Shown: in pieces, positions 20,129-30,335 of the stretch
How positions within the stretch are numbered: the stretch's first letter is position 1
Layout: each line of letters opens with the position of its first letter
Program-made: the position numbers and the translations under genes
Notes under the pieces: generated by a model
The model's database searches: none
Seen by the model: only the letters and a program-made list of their open reading frames with translations
Told to the model about the DNA's origin: nothing
Source: an uncultured Eubacteriales bacterium
GTDB taxonomy: Bacteria > Bacillota > Clostridia > Oscillospirales > UBA644
DNA: 64,000 bases
Assembly (NCBI GenBank): GCA_934501435.1
Contig: CAKSTW010000007.1
Span: forward strand, 1,347-65,346
Direction: 5' to 3'

Positions 20129-21607
20129 ATGAAAAAGATCGGATTCGATAACGAGAAGTATCTGAAAATGCAATCGGCGCATATAAAAGAACGTATAGAA
20201 AAATTCGACGGCAAACTTTATCTTGAACTCGGAGGAAAACTTTTCGACGATTATCATGCGTCGCGCGTTCTTCCGGGATTTGAACCCGACAGCAAGATGA
20301 AAATGCTTCTCAAACTCAAGGATTCGACCGAAGTCATAATCGCGATAAACGCCTGCGACATCGAAAAAAACAAGATAAGGGGTGACCTCGGAATTTCCTA
20401 CGACGCCGACGTTCTCCGTCTTATCGACGCTTTCAGGGATCTCGGACTTTACGTTTCGAGCGTCGTTCTCACCCAGTTTTCGGGTCAGTATTCCGCCGAA
20501 CTTTTCAAAAAGAAACTTGCAAACCTCGGCATAAAAGTTTATCTGCACTATCCCATCGAGGGGTACCCGAACAATATCCCCCTTATCGTTTCGGAAGCGG
20601 GCTACGGCAGAAACGAATATATCGAAACGACCCGCCCCCTTGTTATCGTCACCGCCCCCGGTCCCGGAAGCGGAAAACTCGCGACCTGCCTTTCCCAGTT
20701 ATATCACGAACATGAACGCGGAATTTCCGCGGGATATGCGAAATTCGAGACTTTCCCGATATGGAATATCCCCCTCAAACACCCCGTGAATTTGGCGTAC
20801 GAGGCGGCGACCGCCGACCTCAACGACCTTAATATGATAGACCCGTTCCACCTTGAGGCATACGGCGAAATGACCGTAAACTACAACCGCGACGTCGAGG
20901 CTTTCCCGCTACTGAAGGCGCTCCTTGAAAGAATTCTGGGCGAAAGCCCGTATAATTCCCCGACCGATATGGGGGTAAATATGGCGGGCAACTGCATTTT
21001 CGACGACGAGGCGGTCTGCGAAGCCTCCAAAGAGGAGATCATCCGCCGCTATTTCAAGGTCTGCTGCGATAAGGTGATGGGCAACGTTTCGGAAAGCGCC
21101 GTGATCAAGGTCGAAAGTATCATGAAACAGGCGGGAGTCTGTCCCGAAGACCGCAAAGTGGTTCGCCCCGCAGTCGAAAAGGCGGAAAAAACGGGCGCAC
21201 ATTCCGTCGCGATAGAACTTGACGACGGAAAGATAGTCACGGGTAAAACAAGCAATCTTTTGGGCTCGGTATCAGCGGCGCTCTTAAACGCGATGAAAGA
21301 AATGGCGGGTATCGACGACGACGTCCCCCTTATTGCGGAAACCTTTATCCAGCCGATAGTAAAATTAAAAAGAGAGATTCTCCGTTCGGTGACGAGCCAC
21401 CTCAATTCAAACGAAATGCTGATCGCCCTTTCGAGCAGCGCTACGGTAAACCCTCAGGCGCAGAAAGCCCTCGGTCAGATCGGACGTCTCCGCGGCTCGG
21501 AACTTCATTCCTCGGTCATGCTCTGCGAAGCGGACGAGAGAATTCTTAACAAACTCGGAGTGAACTACACCTGCGAACCCGTCAGACGAACAAAGAAACA
21601 TTACTGA
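20129..21607 (+). CDS. DUF1846 (UPF0371) family protein
   Basis: 492 aa. The N-terminus IGFDNEKYLKMQSAHIKERI...DDYHASRVLPGFEPD matches my recollection of this family. Confidence 0.75.
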   Translation: MKKIGFDNEKYLKMQSAHIKERIEKFDGKLYLELGGKLFDDYHASRVLPGFEPDSKMKMLLKLKDSTEVIIAINACDIEKNKIRGDLGISYDADVLRLIDAFRDLGLYVSSVVLTQFSGQYSAELFKKKLANLGIKVYLHYPIEGYPNNIPLIVSEAGYGRNEYIETTRPLVIVTAPGPGSGKLATCLSQLYHEHERGISAGYAKFETFPIWNIPLKHPVNLAYEAATADLNDLNMIDPFHLEAYGEMTVNYNRDVEAFPLLKALLERILGESPYNSPTDMGVNMAGNCIFDDEAVCEASKEEIIRRYFKVCCDKVMGNVSESAVIKVESIMKQAGVCPEDRKVVRPAVEKAEKTGAHSVAIELDDGKIVTGKTSNLLGSVSAALLNAMKEMAGIDDDVPLIAETFIQPIVKLKREILRSVTSHLNSNEMLIALSSSATVNPQAQKALGQIGRLRGSELHSSVMLCEADERILNKLGVNYTCEPVRRTKKHY

Positions 21608-21648
21608 TAAAAACGCACAACGAATCGAAGATCGTTGTGCGTTTCTTT
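21608..21648. terminator. bidirectional terminator between convergent genes
   Basis: 11-bp stem ACGCACAACGA/TCGTTGTGCGT (21613-21642), flanked by an A-run and a T-run. Confidence 0.65.
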
Positions 21649-21649
21649 A

Positions 21650-22954
21650 TCAGAGTTTTCCGTGAACTCTTCTTTTTTTCTTTATCTTGTCGTCCTTGTT
21701 TCTTTTCCGCCGCGAAGCGCTCGCAAGGAAAAGGTATGTTGCGAGCAGGACAAGCACCGCGACTATCGCTATCCACAGAAGCGGATTTTTGAAAAGTCCC
21801 GCTATTTCGTCGGTGTAGTGCGCGATAAGATCGACCGAAATATTCGTGCGGGAAATGAGTTTTGTCCGTCCGATCTCGACGCCGTTATAGCGGTAAAATA
21901 CGTAACCGAACGCGTCGCCCGCGTTTATCGGCGCTTTTATGTCGTCGGGAATTTCTTCGTATCCGACCTCTATATCCTCCGCTTTCGCTGTTTTCGGAAG
22001 GGAAACTTTTACCCCTTCTTCGGCATATAAAACCATGAAATCGGAGTCTTTTCCGAGCCTTACGGAAACTTCGGTGACAGGAGCGTTTTTCTTTACGAGT
22101 TCCCGCACTTCGTAAGCCTCAAGCGAGTATTTGAGCAGTTTTACGGTATCGGTAAAGGCGTTTGAAAGACTGTTTTTCGAATAGTTCACCGCGAGAAAAC
22201 GCGAATTGTTGTTTAATACCGTCGAGACGGCGACAAACCCGCTGTTCGCGTCTCCCGAAACGGCAAGTCCCGTTGCTCTTTTGTAGTAATATGCCGAAGA
22301 CGATTCGACCATGGAGTTTTTAGTATACAGCGGTCGGGTTATGCCGTTTACCGTGAGCAGGGTATAGGCGATGTCCGATCTGTCGAGAATACCGTCGACT
22401 GTAAGGGCGTAAGTGCATATCTTAACAACGTCGCGCAGTGTGGTCTTTGCGGGGCTCTGCCTGTCGTTATAGCCCGTAACGTTTGTAAATACCGTATTTT
22501 CCGCGCCTACCGTCTTGGCTTTTTCGTTCATTTGTGCTATAATGGAAGAGAGGTTCCCGTCGGACATATATAAAGCCGCCGCGACCGCCGCCTCCTGCGA
22601 GTTTCCTATAAGCATTGCGCTTATCAGGTCTCCGAGGGATACTTTGTCGCCGTCTTTAAGGTCTGCCGAACTGAACTGCGGGGTCCGGGCTCTCGTTCCC
22701 GACGGAATAACTATAACCTCTTCGAGATCGGCTTTTGATTCGGTGAGCATTATCGCAAGCATGAGCCTTGGGAGAAAACCGCAGAATATTTCGTCGTCGG
22801 CGTTTTTTTCAACAAGAAAAGTCTGCGTCTGGACGTTGTAAAGGACGGAGCCGTCGCTTGCCGTTTCCCCGGAAAGTTCTTCCGCCGAAACCGGGAGAGT
22901 GAAAAGACAGACCGTCAACATGAGCGCGAGAAAAAACGCTGAAACCTTTTTCAA
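21650..22954 (-). CDS. PBP5/DacB-like D-alanyl-D-alanine carboxypeptidase homologue with substituted catalytic motifs
   Basis: 434 aa with a signal peptide (MKKVSAFFLALMLTVCLFTLPVSA) and a C-terminal TM anchor. Shows S11-family similarity, but FLPR replaces SxxK. Apparent TTG start after GGGAG. Confidence 0.7.
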   Translation of the reverse strand: MKKVSAFFLALMLTVCLFTLPVSAEELSGETASDGSVLYNVQTQTFLVEKNADDEIFCGFLPRLMLAIMLTESKADLEEVIVIPSGTRARTPQFSSADLKDGDKVSLGDLISAMLIGNSQEAAVAAALYMSDGNLSSIIAQMNEKAKTVGAENTVFTNVTGYNDRQSPAKTTLRDVVKICTYALTVDGILDRSDIAYTLLTVNGITRPLYTKNSMVESSSAYYYKRATGLAVSGDANSGFVAVSTVLNNNSRFLAVNYSKNSLSNAFTDTVKLLKYSLEAYEVRELVKKNAPVTEVSVRLGKDSDFMVLYAEEGVKVSLPKTAKAEDIEVGYEEIPDDIKAPINAGDAFGYVFYRYNGVEIGRTKLISRTNISVDLIAHYTDEIAGLFKNPLLWIAIVAVLVLLATYLFLASASRRKRNKDDKIKKKRRVHGKL

Positions 22955-22985
22955 TTTTCTTCTCCCTTCCCTTTATTGTACTAAG

Positions 22986-23014
22986 AGTATAGCACATTTT
23001 TAAGATTTTAGCAA
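22986..23014 (-). promoter_or_regulatory. sigma-A type promoter for the PBP5-like gene
   Basis: The minus strand reads TTGCTA-17 nt-TATACT with an extended TGTGC upstream of the -10. Confidence 0.45.
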
Positions 23015-23062
23015 TAGTTCGGCGCGGAAAAAGTAAACTTTTATCAGTGTAAGGAGCCGTTT

Positions 23063-23539
23063 ATGGAAACAGAAAGAAAATTTTTGCTTGCGTCGTTCCC
23101 CGAGGGACTTACCGTGACGGAAGAAAGCACCGTATATCAGTATTTTCTCTCGGTAGAACCGTACGTCAGAATACGCGAAAAACAGAAAAACGGAAGATCG
23201 TCCTATAAACTCACGATAAAGGGCGGCGGCACACTGTCGCGCGAAGAAGTCGAACTTGACCTTGACGCCGATAAATTCAGCCGCCTGAAGGCGCTTTGCG
23301 GCAAAAAGCCCGTCGAAAAGATCTTTAAGGCGTACCGTCTTCCCGACGGACATACCCTTGAATGCAGTCTCGTCGACCGCGATTTTTACTACGCCGAAGT
23401 GGAGTTCGAAAGCGAAAGCGAGGCGGCGGCGTTCGTTCCGACATTTGACTTTTTAAGGGAAACAACGTACGAGAAAAATTTCAAAATGAACGAATACTGG
23501 AAAGTGACAAGACTTGACGGCGATAAATTTCAAACTTAA
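23063..23539 (+). CDS. CYTH-domain (triphosphate tunnel metalloenzyme) protein
   Basis: 158 aa with an N-terminal ExExK signature (METERKFLL). Confidence 0.75.
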   Translation: METERKFLLASFPEGLTVTEESTVYQYFLSVEPYVRIREKQKNGRSSYKLTIKGGGTLSREEVELDLDADKFSRLKALCGKKPVEKIFKAYRLPDGHTLECSLVDRDFYYAEVEFESESEAAAFVPTFDFLRETTYEKNFKMNEYWKVTRLDGDKFQT

Positions 23540-23649
23540 TATAACAAAAACCGAAAACCGTTGACGGAACGGACGGGTTGTGATATGATTATATGGTACG
23601 GCAGAGACCGGATTTTTCTGCCGGAGGAAAGAAAAAAAGGAGGAGCATT

Positions 23650-24924
23650 ATGGTTAAAGCGATAGTCGGCGGCAACTGGGGCGACGAAGGAAAGGGTAAA
23701 ATTACCGACCTTCTTGCCGAGGACGCGGACGTGGTTGTCCGTTTCCAGGGAGGGGCAAACGCCGGACATACGATCATAAACGATTACGGTAAATTTGCGT
23801 TGCATATTCTGCCTTCCGGGGTTTTCAGAAAGGGAGTGACGAACGTCATAGGTCAGGGGGTGGCCCTCAATCTTGACAATCTCTTTTCCGAACTCGAAAA
23901 TCTTGAGAAAAACGGCGTTCCGAAGCCCGATATAAGAATTTCGGACAGGGCGCAGGTGGTCATGCCGTATCATATCCTTTTCGACGAACTTGAAGAAAAA
24001 AGACTCGGCAAAAACAGTTACGGTTCGACGAAATCGGGAATTGCTCCCTTTTACGCCGATAAGGCGATGAAAATAGGCGTTCAGGTCTGCGAACTTTTCG
24101 ACGACGAGACCCTTAAAAACCGTCTTGAAAAGGTCGTCGAAATAAAAAACGCGACCCTCGTTTCCCTTTACGGCGCGGAAAAACTCGACGCGCAAAAGAT
24201 TTTCGAAAAAATGGTTTCTTACCGCGAAAAACTCGAACCGATGGTCGAGGACGTCGCAAGATTTCTCAATAATGCGATAGCCGACGGGAAAACCGTCCTT
24301 CTGGAGGGACAGCTCGGAACGCTCAAGGATACCGACAACGGAATTTATCCGTTCGTCACTTCCTCGTCTCCTCTCGCGGGCTTTGCCGCTGTCGGCGCGG
24401 GAATTCCTCCTTACGAAATAAAGAAAATATATACCGTCGTCAAATCTTATTCCTCGGCTGTCGGCGCAGGCGCTTTCGTCTCCGAAATATTCGGCGAAGA
24501 GGCGGAAGAACTCAGAAAAAGAGGCGGCGACAAGGGCGAATACGGGGCAACGACCGGAAGACCGAGAAGAATGGGCTGGTTCGACTGCGTTGCGACAAAA
24601 TACGGCTGTATGCTTCAGGGCACGACCGACGTCGTCCTTTCTCTCATAGACGTTCTCGGGTATCTCGATAAAATTCCCGTCTGCGTCGCTTACGATATCG
24701 ACGGAGACAAGACGACCGATTTCCCGAACACCCCGAAACTCAACCGCGCAAAACCCGTCCTTGAGTATCTCGACGGCTGGAAATGCGATATACGCGGCAC
24801 GAAAAACTATGCCGAACTTCCGGAAAACGCGAAAAAATACGTCGAATTCGTCGAAAAGCATATCGGAAGAAAAATCACGATGATCTCCACGGGACCTAAC
24901 AGAAACGATTTTATAATAAGATAG
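23650..24924 (+). CDS. purA: adenylosuccinate synthase
   Basis: Start trimmed to MVKAIVGGNWGDEGKGK, with ATG at 23650 after AGGAGG. Classic PurA P-loop. Confidence 0.95.
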   Translation: MVKAIVGGNWGDEGKGKITDLLAEDADVVVRFQGGANAGHTIINDYGKFALHILPSGVFRKGVTNVIGQGVALNLDNLFSELENLEKNGVPKPDIRISDRAQVVMPYHILFDELEEKRLGKNSYGSTKSGIAPFYADKAMKIGVQVCELFDDETLKNRLEKVVEIKNATLVSLYGAEKLDAQKIFEKMVSYREKLEPMVEDVARFLNNAIADGKTVLLEGQLGTLKDTDNGIYPFVTSSSPLAGFAAVGAGIPPYEIKKIYTVVKSYSSAVGAGAFVSEIFGEEAEELRKRGGDKGEYGATTGRPRRMGWFDCVATKYGCMLQGTTDVVLSLIDVLGYLDKIPVCVAYDIDGDKTTDFPNTPKLNRAKPVLEYLDGWKCDIRGTKNYAELPENAKKYVEFVEKHIGRKITMISTGPNRNDFIIR

Positions 24925-25038
24925 AGCCTTGTCGGGAAATAATTTTGTTTCCCGACGGTTTTTTATCAAATTTACTTGTTTTTTCTTTATATTTGTGATA
25001 TACTGATAATGATAGATAAATGCGGAAAGGAGCGGAAT

Positions 25039-26247
25039 ATGGATAAGAAATTATTCAAAAGTCTGATGTGGCTTATAACCGCGGCGGTCGTTATCGTCGT
25101 CTGCGTTCTGCGTTTCAATCGGATAGGCACGGCGCTGTCGCTTGTCTTTTCGCTTCTGTCCCCCCTTATCGTCGGGCTTATAATCGCGTTTATCCTGAAT
25201 CCCGCTTACGAGTTTTTCCGTAAACTTTACAGCGGTGAATCAAAGCCGAAACTGTTTATAAAACTCGGAAAACTCTTCCGCAGAAAGAAAGCGCCGAAAC
25301 CCGCGCCCGTGAAAAAAACGAAGAAAAAGGGACTTCCGAAAAACTTTTTCCCGACGGTCTTTGCGCTTGTAACGACTTATTTTATATTTCTGCTTATAAT
25401 CATTCTGCTTTTTGCGCTTCTCATTCCGCAGCTTGCCGAGTCGTTTTCTCTTTTCTCTTCGAATATCGAGACGTATCTTTCAAACCTCAAAACGTTCCTC
25501 GATTCTCTTGCGAAGAGCCTGAATATGGAGGACACCCTTTATCCCGCTATCGAAAATATGGTGAAAGGTCTCCTCGGAAACCTCTCGAATATTGTCGTCG
25601 GAATAGTTCCGAGAATATTCGACGTGACCGTGAGCATTGCTCTGTGGACGGCGAATATCATTATCGGATTTGTCCTTTCGGTCTATATTCTTGCCGGAAA
25701 AAAGACCCTTTCGGAAAGGATAAGAAATTTTACCGAAGCGGTGTTCGACGAAAAAACGAACGACCGTATTTATTCCGTTTCGTCCCTTACCTACAAAACT
25801 TTCAGCGGATTTATAACAGGCAGACTTCTCGACGCCTCCTGCGTCGGCGTTCTCTGCTTTATCGGAATGTTGATATTCGGGTTCGACTACCCGCTCCTTA
25901 TCAGCGTTATTATCGGCGTTACCAATATCATCCCGTTTTTCGGACCGTTTATCGGCGGCGTTCCGGCGGCGTTCATTCTTCTGATGATAGACCCGTGGGA
26001 GGCTGTCTGGTTCGTCGTTTTCCTCGTTGTCCTGCAGCAGCTTGACGGAAACATCATCGGCGTGCGCATCGTCGGCGATTCCGTCGGACTTCCGCCCTTA
26101 TGGTCGCTTGTGGCAATTCTTGTCGGCGGCGGGCTTTTCGGCTTTGCCGGAATGATTCTCGGAACTCCCGCTTTCGGCGTTTTGTATACACTTCTCAACC
26201 GTTCCGCAGAGAAAAATCTGCAGAAAAAACATATTATTTCGAAATAG
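25039..26247 (+). CDS. AI-2E family transporter (PerM-like)
   Basis: Start trimmed to MDKKLF after AAAGGAG. Polytopic protein with the conserved C-terminal stretch IPFFGPFIGGVPA. Confidence 0.85.
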   Translation: MDKKLFKSLMWLITAAVVIVVCVLRFNRIGTALSLVFSLLSPLIVGLIIAFILNPAYEFFRKLYSGESKPKLFIKLGKLFRRKKAPKPAPVKKTKKKGLPKNFFPTVFALVTTYFIFLLIIILLFALLIPQLAESFSLFSSNIETYLSNLKTFLDSLAKSLNMEDTLYPAIENMVKGLLGNLSNIVVGIVPRIFDVTVSIALWTANIIIGFVLSVYILAGKKTLSERIRNFTEAVFDEKTNDRIYSVSSLTYKTFSGFITGRLLDASCVGVLCFIGMLIFGFDYPLLISVIIGVTNIIPFFGPFIGGVPAAFILLMIDPWEAVWFVVFLVVLQQLDGNIIGVRIVGDSVGLPPLWSLVAILVGGGLFGFAGMILGTPAFGVLYTLLNRSAEKNLQKKHIISK

Positions 26248-26263
26248 TTTTCGAGGTGCTGTT

Positions 26264-27250
26264 ATGAAAAAGAAAAATACTTTTCTCAAGAAAAATGTAC
26301 TGATGCTTGCAGTTGCGTTCGTCTTTCTTGCGGCGGCTGCCGTTGCGGCGGTCTTTATCTGCAAATCAATGTTTACCGACGATAAAATACAGATATCGTC
26401 TCCGGTAAACGCCGAAACGACGGCGGCATATCTTACCGAACAAAAGGCAGAAGAAAAACGCATCGCCGAAGAAAAGGCGGCAAAGGAAGCCGAAGAAAAG
26501 CGCCTTGCGGAAGAAGCGGCAAAGAAAGCCGAGGAAGAAAAAAAGGCTGCCGAAGAAAAAGCGCAGCAGGCGGCAAAGGAATCGTCAAACAAGACGACCG
26601 ACAGCGCGACTTATAAAGAATACCTTGAATGTATGGAAAAGGTAAACGAACTTGAAAAAACGCTGTCGTCCGACCCGTCGGCGTGGAATATGATACTCTG
26701 CAATCCGACTCACCCTCTGCCCGACGGTTATATCGAAAACGTCAAACTCAAGAGCATTTTCCAGACGAAATACAAAGTCGACGAAAGGATATGGTATAAC
26801 GTCAAGGCGATGTTCCTTGCGGCAAAAATGGACGGAATAAACCTTACCATGGTCTCTGCGTTCAGAGATATCGCGCTCCAGACAAGAAACTTCAACAATA
26901 AGAAAAATTCGTATATAAACAGCGGAATGAGCGAGGATGCGGCTTATGCGAAGACCGCGACGATAATCGCCGTTCCGGGAACGAGCGAACATCATACCGG
27001 GCTTGCTCTCGATATCCTCTGTTCGTCTTACGGTTCTTTAACTTCCGGGTTTGATCAGACAAAAGCGTATAAGTGGCTTCGCGAACACTGCACCGAATAC
27101 GGGTTTATAATGCGTTACGCAAAGGATAAACAATCTGTTACCAAAATAATCTACGAGCCGTGGCACTACCGTTTCGTCGGAATAGAAAACGCGAAAAAGA
27201 TAGCTGCGTCGGGGCTCTGCTACGAGGAATACCTCGGAATAACAGACTGA
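26264..27250 (+). CDS. VanY/M15B D-alanyl-D-alanine carboxypeptidase with intact zinc site, N-terminal anchor and K/A/E-rich coiled region
   Basis: 328 aa. Carries SAFRD..Q, SEHHTGLALDI and EPWHYRFVG motifs. Has a KAEEKRIAEEKAAKEAEEKR low-complexity stretch. Confidence 0.8.
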   Translation: MKKKNTFLKKNVLMLAVAFVFLAAAAVAAVFICKSMFTDDKIQISSPVNAETTAAYLTEQKAEEKRIAEEKAAKEAEEKRLAEEAAKKAEEEKKAAEEKAQQAAKESSNKTTDSATYKEYLECMEKVNELEKTLSSDPSAWNMILCNPTHPLPDGYIENVKLKSIFQTKYKVDERIWYNVKAMFLAAKMDGINLTMVSAFRDIALQTRNFNNKKNSYINSGMSEDAAYAKTATIIAVPGTSEHHTGLALDILCSSYGSLTSGFDQTKAYKWLREHCTEYGFIMRYAKDKQSVTKIIYEPWHYRFVGIENAKKIAASGLCYEEYLGITD

Positions 27251-27262
27251 CAGGAGTAAAAA

Positions 27263-27643
27263 ATGAGATTACAGGAATCGGGTGAAATGTACCTGGAAAC
27301 AATATACGTGCTTTCACAAAGGAATCCGTCGGTGAGGGCTATCGACGTCGGAGAGTATATGGGATATTCGAAACCGAGCGTCAGCCGCGCAATGTCGATA
27401 CTTAAAAAGGGCGGCTTTGTCAAAACGGATGATTTCGGGATACTTTCTCTTACCGACGCGGGAAGGGAAGTCGCGGAAACGATGTATGAAAGACATACGC
27501 TGCTTTCCGCTTTTCTGTCGTCGATAGGCGTTTCTTCCGAAACCGCGGCAGAGGACGCCTGCAAGATAGAGCATTATATCTCGACGGAAACTTTTGACGC
27601 CATAAAAGAATTTGTGCAAAAAATGGAGAAAGAAGGAAAATAA
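27263..27643 (+). CDS. DtxR/MntR-family metal-dependent transcriptional regulator
   Basis: 126 aa. The N-terminus ESGEMYLETIYVL...VRAIDVGEYMGYSKPSVSRAM is typical of the iron-dependent repressor HTH. Confidence 0.8.
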   Translation: MRLQESGEMYLETIYVLSQRNPSVRAIDVGEYMGYSKPSVSRAMSILKKGGFVKTDDFGILSLTDAGREVAETMYERHTLLSAFLSSIGVSSETAAEDACKIEHYISTETFDAIKEFVQKMEKEGK

Positions 27644-28477
27644 ATGAGCGAATGCAGTCATGACTGCGAGAGTTGCGCGAGCAAATGCTCCGAAGCTCCC
27701 GAAAGTCTGCTTGAAAAAACAAACGACCTTTCGCATGTAAAAAAGGTCATTGCCGTAATGAGCGGAAAGGGCGGCGTCGGAAAATCTCTTGTTACTTCGA
27801 AACTTGCCGTGACCGCGCGCAGGGCGGGATACAAAACAGCGATCCTCGACGCGGATATAACGGGACCGTCAATTCCGAAAGCGTTCGGACTTGAGGGAAA
27901 AAGAGCCGCCGCAAGCGACCTCGGTCTTTTCCCCGTTCAGACCTCCACAGGTATCTCGGTAATGTCTCTTAATCTTCTTATAGAAGATTCCTCCGACCCC
28001 GTCGTCTGGAGAGGTCCCGTTATCGCGGGCGCCGTAAAGCAGTTCTGGACGGACGTGGTGTGGGGCGACGTAGACTATATGTTCGTCGATATGCCTCCGG
28101 GAACGGGCGACGTTCCCCTGACCGTTTTCCAGTCTCTTCCCGTCGACGGGATAGTCGTTGTGACAACTCCGCAGTCCCTTGTTTCGATGATAGTCGAAAA
28201 AGCGGTCAAAATGGCGGAACTTATGAACGTTCCGATACTCGGTATCGTTGAAAATATGTCCTATTTCGAATGTCCCGACTGCAAAAAACGCCACTATATC
28301 TTCGGCGAAAGCAATCTTGAAAGCGAAGCGGCAAAACACGGAATAAAAACTACCGCGCGCCTTCCGATAGACGAAAAAGCCGCCGCCGCATGCGACAGCG
28401 GAACCGTCGAACTTTTCGACGGGAACGAACTTGACGGTATTTTTGCCGAAATCGAAAAAACGGGAGAAAAGAAATGA
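27644..28477 (+). CDS. Mrp/NBP35-family Fe-S cluster carrier ATPase
   Basis: 277 aa. Has the deviant Walker A SGKGGVGKS, a CPDC motif and a Cys-rich N-terminus (CSHDCESCASKC). Confidence 0.85.
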   Translation: MSECSHDCESCASKCSEAPESLLEKTNDLSHVKKVIAVMSGKGGVGKSLVTSKLAVTARRAGYKTAILDADITGPSIPKAFGLEGKRAAASDLGLFPVQTSTGISVMSLNLLIEDSSDPVVWRGPVIAGAVKQFWTDVVWGDVDYMFVDMPPGTGDVPLTVFQSLPVDGIVVVTTPQSLVSMIVEKAVKMAELMNVPILGIVENMSYFECPDCKKRHYIFGESNLESEAAKHGIKTTARLPIDEKAAAACDSGTVELFDGNELDGIFAEIEKTGEKK

Positions 28478-28917
28478 CGAGGGGAGAACGCGCCGAAGCC
28501 CTTTTCAAGGAGGGCTATAACTGCTCTCAGGCGGTGCTTTTGGCGTTTTCCGACGTCACGGGTCTTGACGAAAAGACCGCGGCTCTCCTTTCCTCTTCTT
28601 TCGGGGGAGGCATGGGCAGGCTCCGCGAAGTCTGCGGCTCTCTTTCGGGAGCGTTTGCCGCCGTCGGAATGATTTGCGGATATTCCGACCCGAAGGACAC
28701 CGAAAAGAAAAAAGAATTATACGCGCTTATTCAGGATATTGCCGCAGAGTTCAAAAAAGAGAACGGCTCGATAATCTGCCGCGAACTTTTGGGACTTTCC
28801 GACAAATCGGAGCCCGTTCCCGAACCGAGAACGGAGGGGTATTATAAGAAACGCCCCTGCGCCGAACTTTGCAGGCTTTCGGCGGATATAACGGCAAAAA
28901 AACTCAATATGGAATAA
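28474..28917 (+). CDS. C_GCAxxG_C_C family protein
   Basis: 147 aa. Has YNCSQAVL, GGGMG...CGSLSGA and C-terminal CxxLC features. 4-nt overlap with the mrp-like gene. Confidence 0.75.
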   Translation: MTRGERAEALFKEGYNCSQAVLLAFSDVTGLDEKTAALLSSSFGGGMGRLREVCGSLSGAFAAVGMICGYSDPKDTEKKKELYALIQDIAAEFKKENGSIICRELLGLSDKSEPVPEPRTEGYYKKRPCAELCRLSADITAKKLNME

Positions 28918-28923
28918 AAAACA

Positions 28924-29003
28924 GGACCGGATTTTTTATCCGGTCCGTTTGTCTGAGGGCTGATAGGAAAGCACGACTTCCTTATCAGTCCTCAACCTTT
29001 TTT
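28924..29003. terminator. pair of hairpins forming convergent terminators
   Basis: Hairpin 1 is GGACCGGA/TCCGGTCC (28924-28946), with a T-run on the minus-strand side. Hairpin 2 spans 28955-28993 and is followed by TTTTTT on the plus strand. Confidence 0.6.
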
Positions 29004-29008
29004 GCCAC

Positions 29009-29545
29009 TTAATAATTTTCGGGCTTTACCTGGAAATAAGCCTGCGGATGATTGCAGACGGGGCATACGTCGGGAGCCTTTGTTCCGACGACGATATGAC
29101 CGCAGTTTCTGCACTGCCAGATAACTACGCTGCCTTTTTCGAAAACTTCGCCCGCTTTGACGTTTGCAAGCAGCTTTCTGTATCTTTCCTCGTGCTCTTT
29201 TTCTATCGCCGCAACTCCTCTGAAGAGTTCGGCGATCCTGTCAAAGCCCTCTTCTGCGGCTTCCTTTGCGAAACGGTCGTACATATCGGTCCATTCGTAA
29301 TTTTCGCCCTCAGCCGCCGAAAGCAGATTTTCTGCGGTCGTTCCGAGTCCGCCGAGTTCCTTGAACCACATTTTTGCGTGTTCCTTCTCGTTTGCAGCGG
29401 TCTCTTCGAAAATTGCCGCTATCTGCTGATAGCCCTCTTTTTTTGCGACCGAAGCGAAATAGGTGTATTTGTTTCTTGCTTCGCTTTCTCCCGAAAATGC
29501 TGTTTTGAGGTTTGCTTCTGTTCTGGATCCTTTGAGTTCTTTCAT
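29009..29545 (-). CDS. rbr: rubrerythrin
   Basis: 178 aa. Ferritin-like ExxH motifs ([16 protein letters not shown]) plus a C-terminal rubredoxin-like CRNCG...CPVC. Confidence 0.9.
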   Translation of the reverse strand: MKELKGSRTEANLKTAFSGESEARNKYTYFASVAKKEGYQQIAAIFEETAANEKEHAKMWFKELGGLGTTAENLLSAAEGENYEWTDMYDRFAKEAAEEGFDRIAELFRGVAAIEKEHEERYRKLLANVKAGEVFEKGSVVIWQCRNCGHIVVGTKAPDVCPVCNHPQAYFQVKPENY

Positions 29546-30312
29546 TCCTTGTCTCCTCCTTTTATTTTATCGGCTTTATCGCCGTTTGCCGTCGCGTCGC
29601 CTTTATAATAATCGTAGACCATACCCCTTTTGTTCACAAGCGAAAGTCTGCCTAAAAGAGAGGCGGTGAGCGCGCCGATACAGTCGACGATTATATCTTT
29701 CATCGTATCGGTAAGCGCCGCGCGCCCGACGAGATCGGCGCCTCCCTCAAGACGGAATTTCTGCATATTGAGTCCTAAAATGCCGTCGCCCGTAAATTCG
29801 TAAATTTCCCATACCGCGCCTATCGTTACCGAGAAGCAGAACGCGAAAAGCGCGACAAACCACGGCGACATCTTTACCTTGACGTTTTCGTGACCGTTGA
29901 GGATGGAAACTACCATGAATCCCAAAAATCCGGTCATCATACTGCTGAAGAAGTGGAGAATGTCGTCCCAGTGGGGAATTCTGTAATAGAAGTTCGCGAC
30001 TTCACCCAAAAAGATCGCGCAGTAAAGGAAAATAAGGAACATCAGCGCCAAGAAACGCGGAATTCTGATGTTGAGTTTTTTGGAAAGAAAACTCGGAAGA
30101 TTTATTGCGATCGCTCCCAGAATACACTGCAGGAGCATTAAGATATAGTCCGAATCCGATCTTCCCGTACCTTTTATAAGATCCGGGAAACAAAGCCTTA
30201 AAATAAGATATATTATCGGAAGAATAAAGCTTATCAGGACTACGGAATAAATTATTTTAGAAGTTCTTTCCGCCCTTTCTTCCTTTGTTCTGACGCGTTT
30301 TTCTCTTTTCAT
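29542..30312 (-). CDS. multi-pass membrane protein (family uncertain; possibly DUF2238/YjdF-like)
   Basis: 256 aa with about 6 hydrophobic segments. Overlaps the rbr start by 4 nt. Confidence 0.55.
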   Translation of the reverse strand: MKREKRVRTKEERAERTSKIIYSVVLISFILPIIYLILRLCFPDLIKGTGRSDSDYILMLLQCILGAIAINLPSFLSKKLNIRIPRFLALMFLIFLYCAIFLGEVANFYYRIPHWDDILHFFSSMMTGFLGFMVVSILNGHENVKVKMSPWFVALFAFCFSVTIGAVWEIYEFTGDGILGLNMQKFRLEGGADLVGRAALTDTMKDIIVDCIGALTASLLGRLSLVNKRGMVYDYYKGDATANGDKADKIKGGDKE

Positions 30313-30335
30313 TATTATCCTCCGTCCGTGTTTTT

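Noticed and set aside
23593-23649. N-terminal extensions given by the ORF track for purA, and similarly for AI-2E (24976), adh (39922), mutS2 (14066), rnmV (10762), the Fur-family gene (43900), rubrerythrin (44293), flavodoxin (60434), tam (60429) and marR (63518).
   Set aside because: In each case an internal ATG preceded by a good Shine-Dalgarno coincides with the conserved family N-terminus. The extension also overlaps the neighbouring gene, promoter or terminator. The trimmed starts are used in the feature list.
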